Below are positions 38,922-52,860 of a stretch of 64,000 bases of DNA, one piece after another. Where the stretch lies: positions 124,001 to 188,000 of the forward strand of contig NEEC01000018.1 in the NCBI GenBank assembly GCA_002189035.1, read 5' to 3'. This DNA comes from Utricularia gibba (lineage: Eukaryota > Plantae > Magnoliophyta). The notes beneath the pieces were generated by a model that did no database searches, was not told where the DNA came from, and worked only from the letters and a program-made list of their open reading frames with translations. The translations under genes were made by a program, and so were the position numbers. How positions within the stretch are numbered: position 1 is the stretch's first letter; every line of letters begins with the position of its first letter.

Positions 38922-40280
38922 GGATAAACAAAAATTTCTTAAAATCATTACGAGAAATAAAATCTTCGTATCAAATAAATTTATAATACTTAATTCTCAT
39001 AAAATACAAGTTAAACACAAAATGTAAAGTGGAATTCGGGATCGATCACAAAAAGCTATTGTTTGCAAAGTGTTTTAGCAGATGCAGAATTCAAAATAAA
39101 CGTTGTTGTTAGTCTAGCTCAAACTAATAATGGTAGGCAAATTCAATAAATAAGATCAAGTCTCAATGCAGAAAATAACGAATACTAGTTCTAGTACAAA
39201 GTAATACTAAGATGCTTTAGGGATATGCAGGTGATGTGGTACTAATGTCTCTAATTTCATATATAAAGTTTCTATAATTGCAATTCCAAACAACCTAAGC
39301 CTACCCAAGTCATTCATCATGTTTTTGGTTAATATAGTCTTCATTATCATCACTAACGTCACAATTAAATCTACCTACATGCAAAGTATATAGAATTAGG
39401 TCTACCCGATTCTACTGGTTCTATCCTGAACTAATATCTACTGTCCTCATCTTGATTTATAGGTCTACCTCTAAATCAAACATCTAAGTTGTGAAGCTAT
39501 TCATTTCCCTCTTTAGATCTACCTATGGAATGATAGAAATAAAAGCTAAGAAATAATGATGAATTGTGTTATGAACCCTAGCCTCACATCACCATGTTTT
39601 ACCTTAATACATCCCTAAGATCTAACCACTTATACTTGAAAGATAAAACATAATATCATTAAGATTAAATAGCCAAAGTAGCATAAACATTGTGAGGAAG
39701 TCAATCACACAAACTAAAAACATTCAGCAAATGAAAATAAAGTAAAAGATTGTTCTGATTCCCATCTACTACTGTCCATGACTCAAAACTGTAGCGTTGA
39801 ACTGGGTCTTGGTGGTATTCTTAAGGATGAAATCTTTCTTGCAAGGATCTCCTTCTGGTTTTGGTATTCGTGTTCTTGAAGGAGCCCTCTTGTGTCGCTG
39901 CTAAAGCTTGAAAAACCCTCCTCCAAAATATCTCCCCTCCTTTACTCCGATGCACTGTTTCTGACACCATCATGTTCTCGGCCTAAACTTGCAGATTGCG
40001 GGTGTCAGAACAGTACTCTTTGTCTCTCTTCAAATATTGTGCCCTTTTCTACGTATTCCATACATCTTTGAGTTTGATTTGATGCTAATCCTTCTACTGA
40101 ATTTAATTAAACATCAATAAAAAAAGGTGGACTAAATCAAAGGATTTAGCCCACTTTTCAGTATAAACACAAAATTAATACAAACAATGCATAAAACTTG
40201 AAAACACACAAACCTAACCTAAACTACAGTAAAACATAATGATTTTGTATTATAAAATGCAAAGAAAACATGTGTCATCA
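38922..40280 (-). mobile_element. Solo LTR, Athila-type family
   Basis: (T>G)GATAAAC start and ...TGTGTCATCA end. Perfect TSD AACAC (38917-38921, 40281-40285). Collinear with 16162-17485 but more diverged. Confidence 0.9.
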
Positions 40281-42393
40281 AACACAATTATATAGTTTTC
40301 AACAACAATAGTATATTAGAGATCCATTGCCTCAGTCTTCTATTAGGCTAATCACACCATGCCTAATTATATAGGTTCCATACATTACATCCCTCTCCCT
40401 TACACCCTACATTGGAAACATCCCTTTATGATTTGGAAAAATTTAAAACAAGATGACTGATTGTGCTATTTTAATTTCTTTTTTAAAAAAACAAGAACAT
40501 GTACAGAGAAAATCAAAATGCATTTGAAAAGAAAGTTAAAAAACTAAAAACTAAAATGCTTCACCAAAACCATTCCGAACTTTCTAAAACATCCTAGATA
40601 TGACTTCTTATAATCCTCTTGCCGTTAGAAATATGGTGATACGACCCTCCAAACAACAAGTGTTTGGAAAACTAAATTTTGGATGTCAAATGAAGCAATC
40701 CTTTAAGAAAAGAAGTTGAATCTTAAGGAACGAAATTCCTTGCAACTCAAATTATGAAAATGGTACCACACTCATAGAAAAAAGAATTAAATAGGAGTGA
40801 TAAACTACACTAGATACCATAAGCAAAATTTGATAAGTCTAAAGTTCTACAAGAACTCAAGGAAGGAGCAATGCTCTCAAAATGCATAACAATCAAAGTT
40901 GTACCTAAACAAGAATGAGGCCCTTGTTATATTGGTAGAGAAATGAGACTACTAAAATAAAAGTACTACTTGTGAACTATGGAGTTATAGTCCATCAAAT
41001 TGATCCAACTTGAGTAGGTTGAACTTCATGGCATAAGTTTCATGAATTTTTTGATTAACCTATAATCCCTTGAGGAGATCTTGGTGCTTTTGTGCTTTAG
41101 ATCTTGTGAGTGGTTCAAGTGAAATGAAAGAAGTATTTGTGTTCTTTCTCTCATCTTCCTTCATTTTATCTAGGGAATCCATGATCTCATCATATGGAAA
41201 TGAAGAAAGACCCCAAATTTGATTAAATGCTCAGCATATGCCCAAAGTGGTTGACTTGATGCCCCCAAAGAATTGTTAGTAAATTAAAGGAAAAACAAAA
41301 GCAAGATTTATCAACTAAAACCCAAAAATTGGGAAACCTCTTGGGTTTAGAAATTGAAGCAATGAAATTCACTATGAGTTTGCAATAAAAGTACAACATT
41401 CTAAGTGTTAAATAGATCAATTATCTACAACACAAAACTACCAATAGAGCTTCTTTGTAGCAGCAGATCATCTCGTTTGTGTCTTCAAACAGAATTTCAC
41501 CAGCCCTTCTCCATACTCACACCACACATCGTGAAGGGTATTGGAGATGGCGTTTTATAGGCACACATCCCTTGCATCTTGTCAACCGTACTCATTAATG
41601 TAGAGTTACCCTACTGATGCATAACTTTCAGCACTTCATGCAAGCATTCCCATCAATGTCGTGCTACCCTTATTGAATAGAAACGGCCCTTCATGTGCAT
41701 AACTTCCAGCTTGTTAAACACATCAATAATGTCTTCAACAATCACCCCCTTAGGTTGGAAGTGTAGCTGACCTTTAGAGTTTCATCATGAATCCTGCCTT
41801 CTTTAAGAGCATCAAATGCCTATAAGAGGTGAGTACCTTTGCAACATATCTACAATGTTGTTTTTTGTGCTTAATTTGTCTAGGTTAAGCAGTCCTTGTC
41901 GTAAGATGTCTTTGTTCCAGTGATAACAAATGCTTACATGCTAGATTCTTGAGTGATAGATTGGATATTTGTTCAATGTGATTGCACTTTGATTATCACA
42001 AAGTATGTTCACCTTGTGCTCTGTAAAACTCAACTTTTCTAGAAATCTCTGAAGCAACAATGCTTCTTTACTTACTTCAAATAAGCCATATATTCAGTTT
42101 CTATAGATGAGAGAGCTACATGTTTTTGTAGGGATGATATCCACACCACTCCAGCACCCCCTAGCATGTTAACGAGACGTGTTGTGGACCTCCTTGTATC
42201 CACATAGACACGGTACACAAGATTGCATCCCATAGCATAATTGAAACTCCGAAGTCCCTTTCAAATACTGTAATAACCACTTAGTATCCTCCCAATGATG
42301 TTGTTCGGGATTTGATATAGAGCGACTAATACAACTAATAGTATATGCAATATCAGGCCTTGTATCCATCATGATGTACATGATTGATCCAAC

Positions 42394-45300
42394 CAGATAC
42401 GTGAACCGTGGTTTGCTGATCTTGCAAACTTTGTTTCCACAGGGGTGATGCCACCTGGAATGGACTATCATGCGAGGAACAAGCTTAAGAGTGATGCCAA
42501 ATGCTACATATGGGATGACCCATATTTATGGAAGAGATGCAATGATGGTGTCATTCGAAGGTGTGTTCATGAAAATGAAATTCCAAAAATAATTGATTCT
42601 TGTCATGCAGTACCTTTTGGTAGACATCATGGACGAAATAGAACAGCAAGAAAAATTCTAGATTGCGGATTTTATTGGCCACATATTTTCAGAGATTGTT
42701 ATGCCCATTGCAAAGGTTGTGAACCATGCCAAAGGGTAGGAAATTTATCAAACCGAAACGAAATGCCCCAGCAAGGAATTCTGGTATGTGAATTATTTGA
42801 TGTATGGGATATAGATTTTGTTGGACCATTTCCTACTTCAGCAGGTTACAATTATATTTTGGTTGCTGTTGATTATGTGTCCAAATGGATTGAGGCAATC
42901 CCTACGAGGACTGATGATGCAAAAACTGTGATTAATTTTTTGCGCAACAACATCTTCACAAGATATGGGACTCCTAAGGCGCTGATCAGTGATAGGGGAA
43001 CACATTTTTATAATCAGGCCTTAAGGAGTGTTTTGAAGCATTTTAATGTTTGGTACAAGCCTTCTACAGCATATCATCCACAAACCAATGGACAAACTGA
43101 AGTCTCCAACAGAGAAATCAAACAAATTCTGGAGAAAGTTGTGAACCCAAGCAGAATAGACTGGAGCATGAGGTTGAAAGATGCACTTTGAGCTATACGG
43201 ACAGCATACAAGACTCCCATTGGAACCTCTCCATTTTGGTTGGTCTACGGGAAGCCTTGTAGATTACCATCAGCTCTTGAGCACAAGGCTTGGTGGGCTG
43301 TGAAGAAGTTAAATTTGGATAGAGACCTTAGTGCAAGCCACAGGAAACTCTAGCTTTCGGAACTGGAAGAGTTGAGAAATGATGCGTACGAGAGCTCAAA
43401 ACTATTCAAGGCTCGGACTAAGAGATATCATGACGTGCACATTTCCAAGAGAAATTTCGAGATTGGCCAGAAAGTCTTATTATTTCAATCCAGGTTGAAA
43501 TTGCATCCTAGGAAGTTGAAATCAAGATGGATAGGACCTTTTATTATGAAGGAAATTTTTCCAAATGGTGCTGTAGAAATATTTGACGGAGACTCAAACA
43601 AGGGATTTTTGGTAAATGGCCATAGATTAAAAATTTTCTATGAAAATGCTAACATGATCACAGGAAATCTGGAGGTGATCAAACTAATGGATTCACCAAA
43701 AACGTAGTCACACAAGAAGTCAGGTCCAAGACTTTAAACAAGGGCGCTTGTGGGAGGCAACCCATGGCTAACTCTTTTAATCTATGCATTTTATTTCTGT
43801 TTTAATGTTTTTTTTTTTAGGATTTTTGCCATATTTTGTGCTGCTGGGCAAGGATGGATGTTTAACTCAAGGGAAATTGAGCATGAGGAGTTACGCAAAA
43901 ATTCGACCGTTGAGAGAAGTGGGAAGTCGCAACCAAGGAAATGACAGAAAAGTCCCCGCAGCTTGAAATGAATTGGAGGAGCAGTTTCTTTGTTCCTCAC
44001 TTCAACCGTTTCTTTTGTGAATTTTTCTGAGAAATTACAGCGGTAGAAACAGCATGCCTGCAACAAGAAGTGGAAGAAAAGCCGCAAAGGAGAGACCCAG
44101 CCGGAATAAAATACAAATGGATCAACGAAAGGGAAGTGCTGGAACCGTAGAAGCAGAAATCACTGCTGCTCCAACCCTAGAAGAAGGAAATTTGCCTATT
44201 GTTGCCGCTGCAGAAAATTTCCAGGGAGTGGACGTGATCCTTCAGGCCGCTGAGATGGGAGAACCATCTGACAACACCAACATGGACAATGTCAGCCTCC
44301 AACAAAGATTGAGAGACATGCAGAAGAGCTACAAAAGAAAAACACTAGTGGAGGAACTGTCGACAGAGCCACAAGTCTTGACGAAGAAGAAGAAAGGGAA
44401 GGGCAGGAAGAAAAAGCAGAGAGTACCACTGGACGAACCTGTCCCTAAAGAAGAGGATGTCACACCCCAAGAACCAGCAGCACCTGCTCCAGAGAAAAAC
44501 ACTGAAAAATCAGGAGATGAAATGGAGAGACCAGAGGAAGAACAAGCTGCTGAGGAAGAAAATCTAATGGACAGAAATGAGGGCGAAAATCAAGAACATC
44601 AGAATGAGGAGATTGAGGAAGCAGAGGAGCAACCATTCAGAAGCACAACAGGAAAGTAAAATGAAGGTGCAATTAAGAAAAATAAATTTTTACCTAGATT
44701 GGTGCCTCTGTATTTGAAAGCAGGGAAGTTTGCGCATAAAAAGGAGAAATTTCAGAGGCAAATGACTCGCAAGGGGATACCATACTTCAAGCATCACGCA
44801 GACATGTTGAAGACCCGATACCTGACTTTCACAGAAGAAATGTAAGCTGAACGGTACGGTGAGGTCAAGGGTGCAAAGGTAATACCATGTCGTCATATTG
44901 ATCATGATATTTTGGAAGAATTAGGAATTGCTGATAGAATTTCTTCCCTGTTTGAAGGAACAGCATTCATGAATTTATTTGAAATGAAATTCCCTGCATA
45001 TATTGAACTTTTTTATGAATTTGCTTCCACTTTTGTGTATGAAATTCCTGAAACTGTGCTAGACCTTGCTGCTATTTCTTTTAGGTTAATGAGGATTGAA
45101 TTTTCTTTTTCATTAGCTGAGTGGAACGTAGCTCTAGGATTTTGTTCAGAAAATGATGTGGATTCTCATGAGTTTGCTGCATCCCTTTTTGATTATCCTG
45201 ATGAATTTGATGCTGAGGAAATTTATGCGATTCTGACCGACCAGCATGCTATAGAGTTTAAGGCAAAAGGGACTAAGGCAGATTTGTTTGTTGATCCGGT

Positions 45301-48174
45301 TATGCGTTATGTTCATATCCTTGTTATCACCACCCTCTTTGGACGAACAGTAGGATTTAATTCCCTTTATAAGCGTGATTATTTGTTATGTGGTGTATCA
45401 TGAACAAACGATCCCTGAACTTAGGTGCCATGATTGCTGAGCAAATGACTAGAGACTATAGGCGTACAAAAATTCAACATTTGAGTTTTGGAAACATTAT
45501 TACGCATATGGCTCATACTTTATGCCCTGAGAAACTGTCTGAATTGGAATATTTTCATGTTGAGTCTAAGACAGTGCCTTTAGATGCATATTTCTTGAAA
45601 GTGGCAGGACTAATTAAAGCCCAAGGAAGTAGGTTTGTTTTTAGATCTTTGGCAGGTCTTTGCGGACAATCTATCCCTGAAGAAGGCAACACAAATGCCC
45701 CTGCTCTTGCAACCTCCAAGTACAACAGCACAGGATGCTGCTTCCCTGAAATGAGCAAAGAATTGAATGAGAAAATGTCTGATTTAATTCGTGAAGTGCA
45801 AGAATTGAAACAGGGAGTGAAAGACTCCTCCCTGAGCAAGTAACCTGCTGTTGAACTTATTTTGCGTAGTTTTATTTTATTTTTATTTTTATTTTTATTT
45901 CTTAGTTTTACTTTTACTTAGGATGCTGTTCAGGTATGTGTCTGTTAGTCTATGCTAGGAATAGTCGAGAACTTGCTTATCTGTTTTGTTTCCCGTTAGT
46001 GAATTACTTTGAATGGCCACATGATTGTACATTACAACTATGAGGTTATTTGGATGTGAGAGCTTTCTATGCCTTTTATATACCTGGGAGCATGTTTTTA
46101 CCTTCTATTTTATGAGAGCATGTGCATGAATAGAGGAACCTAGGGAGTGTAATCTAGATTAGCTTAAATTGAGTTGATGGACTTGATAATCGTCTTGGGA
46201 CAGGTTGCCAGCTTAGAAAAAAAAAAGAAGAAATGAAAAGCAGTACCGAAAAAAAATGTTGAGATCAAAGTCCTGAAAAGCAGCACATAATAGAAAAGCA
46301 TGTGCGGACTCAATAAGTGGTGAATGGGTAAGAAGGGATGGATTGATCCAGAGGAGTAGAAGGAGGCCTGGAGTTATAAGGTTTGGGTGCTTGGCAAACA
46401 CTCTTTCACAAGAAAGGCCATGACATTATACCCAGATCAATCCAGAACAAGCTGCCCTTCACTATCAAAAAAAAAAAAGAAGAAAAAAGAGAGAAAAAAA
46501 AAGGGTTGGCAACCTTAGTTCCAAGCGATTTTGAGCGAATCAACTTGAGGAAGCAATCTTCGAAAACACCTCTCAAGAAGAATTTATTCATGCACATTGA
46601 GTGATACATGACATGCACACCAGCACTCCTATAGCTCACACATCCGAATTTTGTCAAAGTTGTTTCTGTTTATCATTGGCGCTGACAAAGTTAGTTTCTC
46701 GTTAGTCTTAGCTAGGACTTGGGGACAAGTCTCGTGTCGTTGTAGCATAGTGTGATAACACACATTTTTCCTAAAATTCATAACACAAAATAGTTATATT
46801 TTATCATGATTTAGGTTAGATAAATGTGGTTTTTCATGCTTTAGTGGTGTTTATGTTAATCCTATGTCATTATGTTGAAAAGTGGACTAAATCCTTTGAT
46901 TTAGTCCACAACTCTTATTACTAACGTTTCAGTAAGTTCAGCAGGGAGATGAGCCGAAAATCAGACTTGCAAACGTGTAAAACAAGCAAAAAAGGGGCGC
47001 AAAATCCGGAGAAGGACAAAGAGCACTGTTCTGCCGCCACCGCAGTCTTCAAGTTCAAGTTGGGAACAGTGTTGGCGGTCGGGAACAGTGCTGACGGTCG
47101 GGAACAATACTAGCGGACAGAAACAGTGCAATGGAGTGAAGGAAAGGGGAAATTTATTTTCGAAAAGGAAGAGAGCGCGAAAAACATAGAGAGAGGGGGG
47201 GGGGGACGCAAGGGGTCTTCTTCCCCAACACGAAAAACCAACCAGAAGGGGGAAGAAACGCCTCCATCATCAAGAATAGTACCGGAGCCCAGTCCAGCGC
47301 TACTGTTCCGGGCTGTGAATAGTAGCTAACGGGCGGAAGAACAATCTTTATTTACTTTCTAGTTTTCTGAACATTTCGACTTTTTGCATTTTACTTGTTT
47401 ACAATGTTTCTGCCATTTTGGCCAACTTATATGAATGAAATCGTGTTTTATTTCCAAAGCATGAGTGGCTAGAGTCTTAGGGATGCCTTAAGGAGAAGTG
47501 GGTGGTATGTGTTTAGGTTGATGATGAAATTTAGTTGTCTTCCTTAACTCTTGTTCCTAACAAACCATGGGTAGACCTAAGGAGAGGAGCAAGTAGTTTC
47601 ACAACTTAGATGCTTGGTTTAGAGGTAGACCAACAAACCAAGACAAGATCAGTCGGTGTTAGTCCAGGGTAGAACCAGTAGAACCGGGTAGACCTAATTC
47701 TATATGCCTTGCATGCGGGTAGACCTAATTGCAATGTTGGTTATGATATTGGGGACTAGCTTAAGCCAAAAATATGATGAATGACCTGGGTAGACTTAGG
47801 ATATTTGAAGTTGTGAGTGTAGGAAGATAATAAATTAAGTTAGGAAGCTTAGCATAACACCACCCGCAAACCCTTAAGGCGTCCTCGTATTAGTCTGAGT
47901 CAAAACCAGTACCTGTTACCTTAGCATAGAAACCTGATATTGCTTACCTACCTTGTTTACCACTGTTAGTCCGAGCTTAGACTAAAACCTACTATTATCC
48001 GAAATCTTACATCTACTAAAATACTTAGCAAGCACAAGCTCTTCGTGATCGACCCCGACATCCACTATACAAGTTTTCCAAATTTGTATTTTGTGTAGAT
48101 TAGGGATTATAAATTTATTTGATACGGATTTTCTATTTTTATTTTCAATGATATTAGGAAATTTCCGTTTATCA
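42394..48174 (+). mobile_element. 3' half of a Ty3/Gypsy Athila element: integrase, extra ORF and 3' LTR
   Basis: PWFADLANF...YIWDDPYL, zinc-finger CH...GRHHG...C..C..CQR, ELFDVWDIDFVGPFP, AVDYVSKW, SDRGTHF, YHPQTNGQ, KLKSRWIGPF (42403-43707, with stops). Extra ORF region 44054-45843. 3' LTR 46753-48174 (TGATAACAC...GTTTATCA). 5' LTR, gag and RT are absent. Confidence 0.92.
44054..45843 (+). pseudogene. Athila additional (env-like/ORF3) reading frame, disrupted
   Basis: Located between integrase and 3' LTR. Acidic/basic N-terminal segment (44054-44659), then RYGEVKG..VIPCRHIDHDILEELGI...YIELFYEFASTF...RYVHILVITTLFGR and a coiled-coil-like end; several stops and frameshifts. Confidence 0.7.
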
Positions 48175-51100
48175 AAGCCACTTGTCCTTCTCTGAGGATT
48201 GTAACACCTAAGCTAACGAAATTGGTTCTCCATCCTTTGTAATTAAGATGAACTCATCAGGGGGATATCGAGTATTTGGTTTAGGTCCTCTCATCGACCT
48301 TCTAAGAGGTTCAACATTAGGCATGTACACCTTTGTTTCATTAGAGTTAGGTGGAGTTTCTAGTTGTAAAGCTTCTTCTACTTACAACAGTTCAGGTTCA
48401 TGGACAAGAGAGCTCGAGTTACCTTCAAGTTCTAGTGAGTCCAAATTCAAACTCACATGTTTAGTAGATTTCACATCACTCTGGTTAAAGCACTTTTGAT
48501 CTTCTAAGAATTTTACATCTTTAGATATGATGATTTTGTTTCCTTTGAAATCCCACAATTTGTATCCCAATCCTGGATCTTCATAATCCAAAAACACACA
48601 GGGTTTGGAATGGTCATCCAACTTCTTCCTATGATAATACAATATCAACACCATCATTTTGCACCCAAATATTTGTACATGCTTGAAGTTGAGTAATCTA
48701 CCTTTCCATTTTTCTTCTAGCATATTATGGTCCAAAGCTTTCTTAGGACTTCAATTGGATAAGTAATATATAGTATTTAATGCCTCACCCCAGAACTTTC
48801 AAAGTAAGACTGCTCCCTTCAACATACATCTTACCTTATCAAACAATGTTAGGTTTAGCCTCTCAGCAATTGGATTATACTGAGGTGTCCCAGATTCTGT
48901 GGCAACTTTCTTAATACCAAGTTTTTAGCAATATTTCTTAGACTCTTCATTGCAATAATCTCCTCCATTATCCGTCTAGAAGCATTTTAGCTTCAAATCA
49001 GTCTCTCTTTTCACCATCGCATGAAACACTTTGAATCATTCAAAATCTTCTAATTTCCTCTTCACCAGATAAACCCAAGTCTTTTATGTCACATCATTTA
49101 CAAAGGTCAAATATTGTCTCATAGCTGTGGGAATGTTTATAGGACCTCCAACATTTGAGAATACAATGTCCAACTTCTTTTTACTTCTATGTATATACAA
49201 CTTGAATGCAACCTTGTGCTGCTTTCCATATATACAATGCTCACATGTAGATGGTGTACCAGATAAATCTATCAAGCCATCTTTGGACAGTTGCCTAACT
49301 CTAGCTTCTGATTGATGACCCAATTGCTTATGCTAAAGAGTGTAAGACTAACCCTATACTAGTGATGGTATATATCTCTATAGAGCCTTGTTTCAACTTA
49401 GTTATGTACAATCTTCCTGTCATTGTTCCTTTTGCAACAATTATAGAGCCCCTTATAAGCTTCTATACTTGTGATCTCAAATTGTGATGATACTCTACTA
49501 CATCTAATTCTCCTGTAGAGGGTAAGTTGACCCACAAAGCAAGGATATGGTGCACCCCATGCAACTTTAGCTGGATTCCCATATTTGTAGTGACTATAAG
49601 ATCACCAATATCATTAATTTCTGAAACTGATTGGTTTCCCATCTTTACAATGCTAGCATGATAAACTTCATAGTTCAAGATTCCGGTCTTGTGAGGAGTT
49701 TCACGAAAGGATGTCATAGAATCCACAAATCAGGAATTGAAGAGACGTGTCTAACCTACTTCTGCAGCTAGCAATACAAGAAGATTATTATCAATATCAT
49801 TCAAATATGCAAAGATTTTATTCTTTGCTAGCTCTTTGGTCTTCCATTTTTTATCTTTCTCCTATTGAGCCTGTTGATAACCATAACAATCTTTGCGTAG
49901 GTGACCCTTCTTCCCACAATAGAAACATGAGTGTGATTCATACTTTTTTCATACATCCCTTGTGATTTGCCCCTTTGTTTGGACTTGTCCCTACCTCTGT
50001 TGTTGCTCTTCTCCTTAGATCTTCCTGTATTGTGTCCTTCAATGTATACTAATGTGGCTTTGAAGTTAGCATACTTCTCATCTCTTGCATTTTGCCTTAT
50101 GCGTTTCTCTTGTAGTAAAGAAGTGGCTATAGTATCATATTTGAGGTTTCTATTTGCAGGGCTGTTCTATGTGATCACAAGTGTTTCCTAAGAATCAATT
50201 AATGTATCCATGAGTTATATGGCCTGAACTTCTTCATCGAAACTCATATTCATAGAGATCATTTGATCCGCTATGTCTTTGAACTTGCTCAAATTCTCAT
50301 CATTGTACTTCAATATGAACATGCTATATTGTATTTGATAAGCTTGTTCAATGCATTATCAGGCTTAAACATCTCTTCCAATGCTTTCCATAGTTGTTGT
50401 ACATCATCATTCTCACTAATCCTATATGATAAGTTGCTATCAATGAAGAGATACATGGCAACAATTGCCTTTAGATGTAGATGCTTCCATGCAACTTCTT
50501 CAATATTGAAAGGCCTATTTGTACCAGCAATCATGAGATGCCATAGATCCTTACACACTACTATGGATTTAGAGTAGTTGGTGGTATTCAACTTTGGAAC
50601 ACCATGAACTTCATCCATACCTCTAATACCATATGCTGGAAATATGGAAATGAAGAAAGATCCCAAGTTTGATTAAATGTCCAGCATATGTCAAAGTTGT
50701 TGACATGATGCCCCAAAGGCATGTTAGTAAATTAAAAGAAAAACAATAGCAAGATTTACCAGGCAAAATCCAGAAACTGGGAAATCTCTTGGACATGGAA
50801 ACGCCAAGCAGTGAAATTCACTATGAGTTTGAGCTAAAGTACAACACTCGAAGTGTTAAATAGATCAATGATCTACAACACAAAGATACTAGTAGAGCTT
50901 TTTTGTAGCAACATATCATCGCCTTCATGCCCTCAAATAGAATTTCACCAACGCTTATCCATGGTGTGTGGTATGAAGGGTACTAGAGATGGTCTTTTAT
51001 AAGCACACGTCTCTTGCATCTTGTCAATCATAGTCATTAATGTAGAGCTATCCTGCTAACCTACAACTTTCAGCACTTCACACAAGCATGTCCATCAATC

Positions 51101-51935
51101 TTGTGCTGCCCTTGTTGACTAGCAACAGCCCTTCATGTGCGTAACTTCCATCCTGCTAGACATCATCAGTGTCTTCAACACTTGCTTCATTGTTCTTCGA
51201 TTCTCTTTCTTCAATAGAGGCTGCTATAGTCCTCTAGCAAGCAACACATGAAGTTACGTGGTGTTATAAACAAGAGGTTTCATATATAGTTGCATTGCGA
51301 TGCTACTCATAGTGAATTTTCATTATTACTTTAGAGGAATCAAGCCAAGGATGCTTCTCAGATTTTTGAGTTTTACTTGATAATCTTTTGTGTTGTGTTT
51401 GCCTCATTTACTTATGCTCCCTGGGAGCTACTTACACAATACACATTCATGTACTATAGTGCCACCATACTAGTATGCTTATTGAAGCACTAGAGTGTCA
51501 TCCCATCAAAAGAGATTTTGAGCCATTGATGTGCCATCACATATAAAGAGCTTGTAGGGCACAATAGTGCCACTTCACGAGAAGCCTTCACAACAACCCG
51601 TAGCTATTTGAGCATAGTAATCCTGGCATTATGTCATCCAACCTTGGCACTCCATGCAATAGTGGGGAACGCAGACTTTATGAGGCTTGTAGGCTTACCA
51701 ACATATCCCGCCACTTCACCCATAGAGCTTCGAATATTGATGTAGCTACTTAGAGGTGTTTACATTTGAAGGTAGTTACTATCATGAATCTCTATATTGA
51801 TAACAATTTATTATACACGATTAGTGAGTATGATGATATGCAACAATTGTAGAAGGTGAATTGCTCTAAATATTAATGAGTCAAATACCTATGATTGCTT
51901 ACCTAGAACCAACTTAAACAAGAGACATTCATTAG

Positions 51936-52860
51936 GCCTCTGATACGACATGTAAAGCCAGGAAAAGATAGAAGAGACAACTAAGGCTTCTTTTTCTTCT
52001 CCATCCTCCCCTCCCACATGATTAGAATAGATTTTTCAAATAGAATAATACCTTTGAACAACCTCATATTGTACAAGATTATGTCCAGATTGAATTATAA
52101 AAATTGTGATTCTATGTCATAACATCTAAATAGGTTCAAGGACATAGTACACTAGATGGTTTCAGTAAATGAGCTTCGACAAGGAAATTCAGGCCATACA
52201 ATTCCTAAGTACATCACTTGAATCCTGGAAACACTTCTGACTACATTGAGTAACTCAAGAACCGAAGGTTTGAAATATGATATTGTAACTACTTCATTAT
52301 TTTGAGAGAAACTCGGAAGGAGAAACACGGAATTTGAGAAGTATGTTGACTCTAAAGCCTCACTACCATCTAATGAAGAGAGTTACAAAGGAATATCTAC
52401 AGAAAGGATGAGTACTAAATGAAGAGATTTGTCCAAGCAAAGGGATAGATCTCAAAATAAGTCAGGAAAGCAGAGAAGAAGTATCAATCTAGTTCGTGTT
52501 TTCATTGTGGGAAAAAAGATTCATCTATGTAAATATTAATCTGCTTATTGAGTTCAATCCATTATAATTGAATTAATCATTTTTTTCTTATTATACTGGA
52601 GAGATTCAGAAGGGAATAAAATGACAAATTTATTTTAAGAAATTTAACTAAAGTTAAATAAAAAATTATGGAAAAAGAGATGTTCAAATACACTTGAATC
52701 TCCTCTAGTTGAAGGGCTTGGTGTAGATATTATAACTCCAACCTTGAGACGGTTCTTGAATCAAAGAATGTGTTCGTTGAAGCGTTTCTTGAAAGTTTGA
52801 TTGAATATGCAAATCAATAGATGCTAGATGCCTTGAAAGACATTAAATGCTACACTTGTT
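51936..52860 (-). mobile_element. Copia remnants (PBS-like site and RNase H/PPT end)
   Basis: ctctgatacga at about 51938-51948 resembles the reverse complement of a Met PBS, followed by TG at 51951. An RNase H-end-like motif and purine tract lie at about 52690-52760. Fragmentary; may be two elements. Confidence 0.3.

Larger units (their letters stand above)
41192..51180 (-). mobile_element. Ty1/Copia (Tnt1/Tork-like) element, internally deleted and interrupted by an Athila segment
   Basis: LTRs 50634-51180 and about 41192-41740 (both end GTCTTCAACA). PBS TGGTATTAGAG (50621-50631) and PPT AAGGGGGTGAT (41741-41751). gag 50310-50666, integrase about 48400-49320 (TDNGG, GTPQYN.IAERLN.TL, FWGEAL), RT/RNase H tail 41800-42393 (GSIMYIMMDTRPDIAY). 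No TSD; the outer end of the 3' LTR is eroded. Confidence 0.85.
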
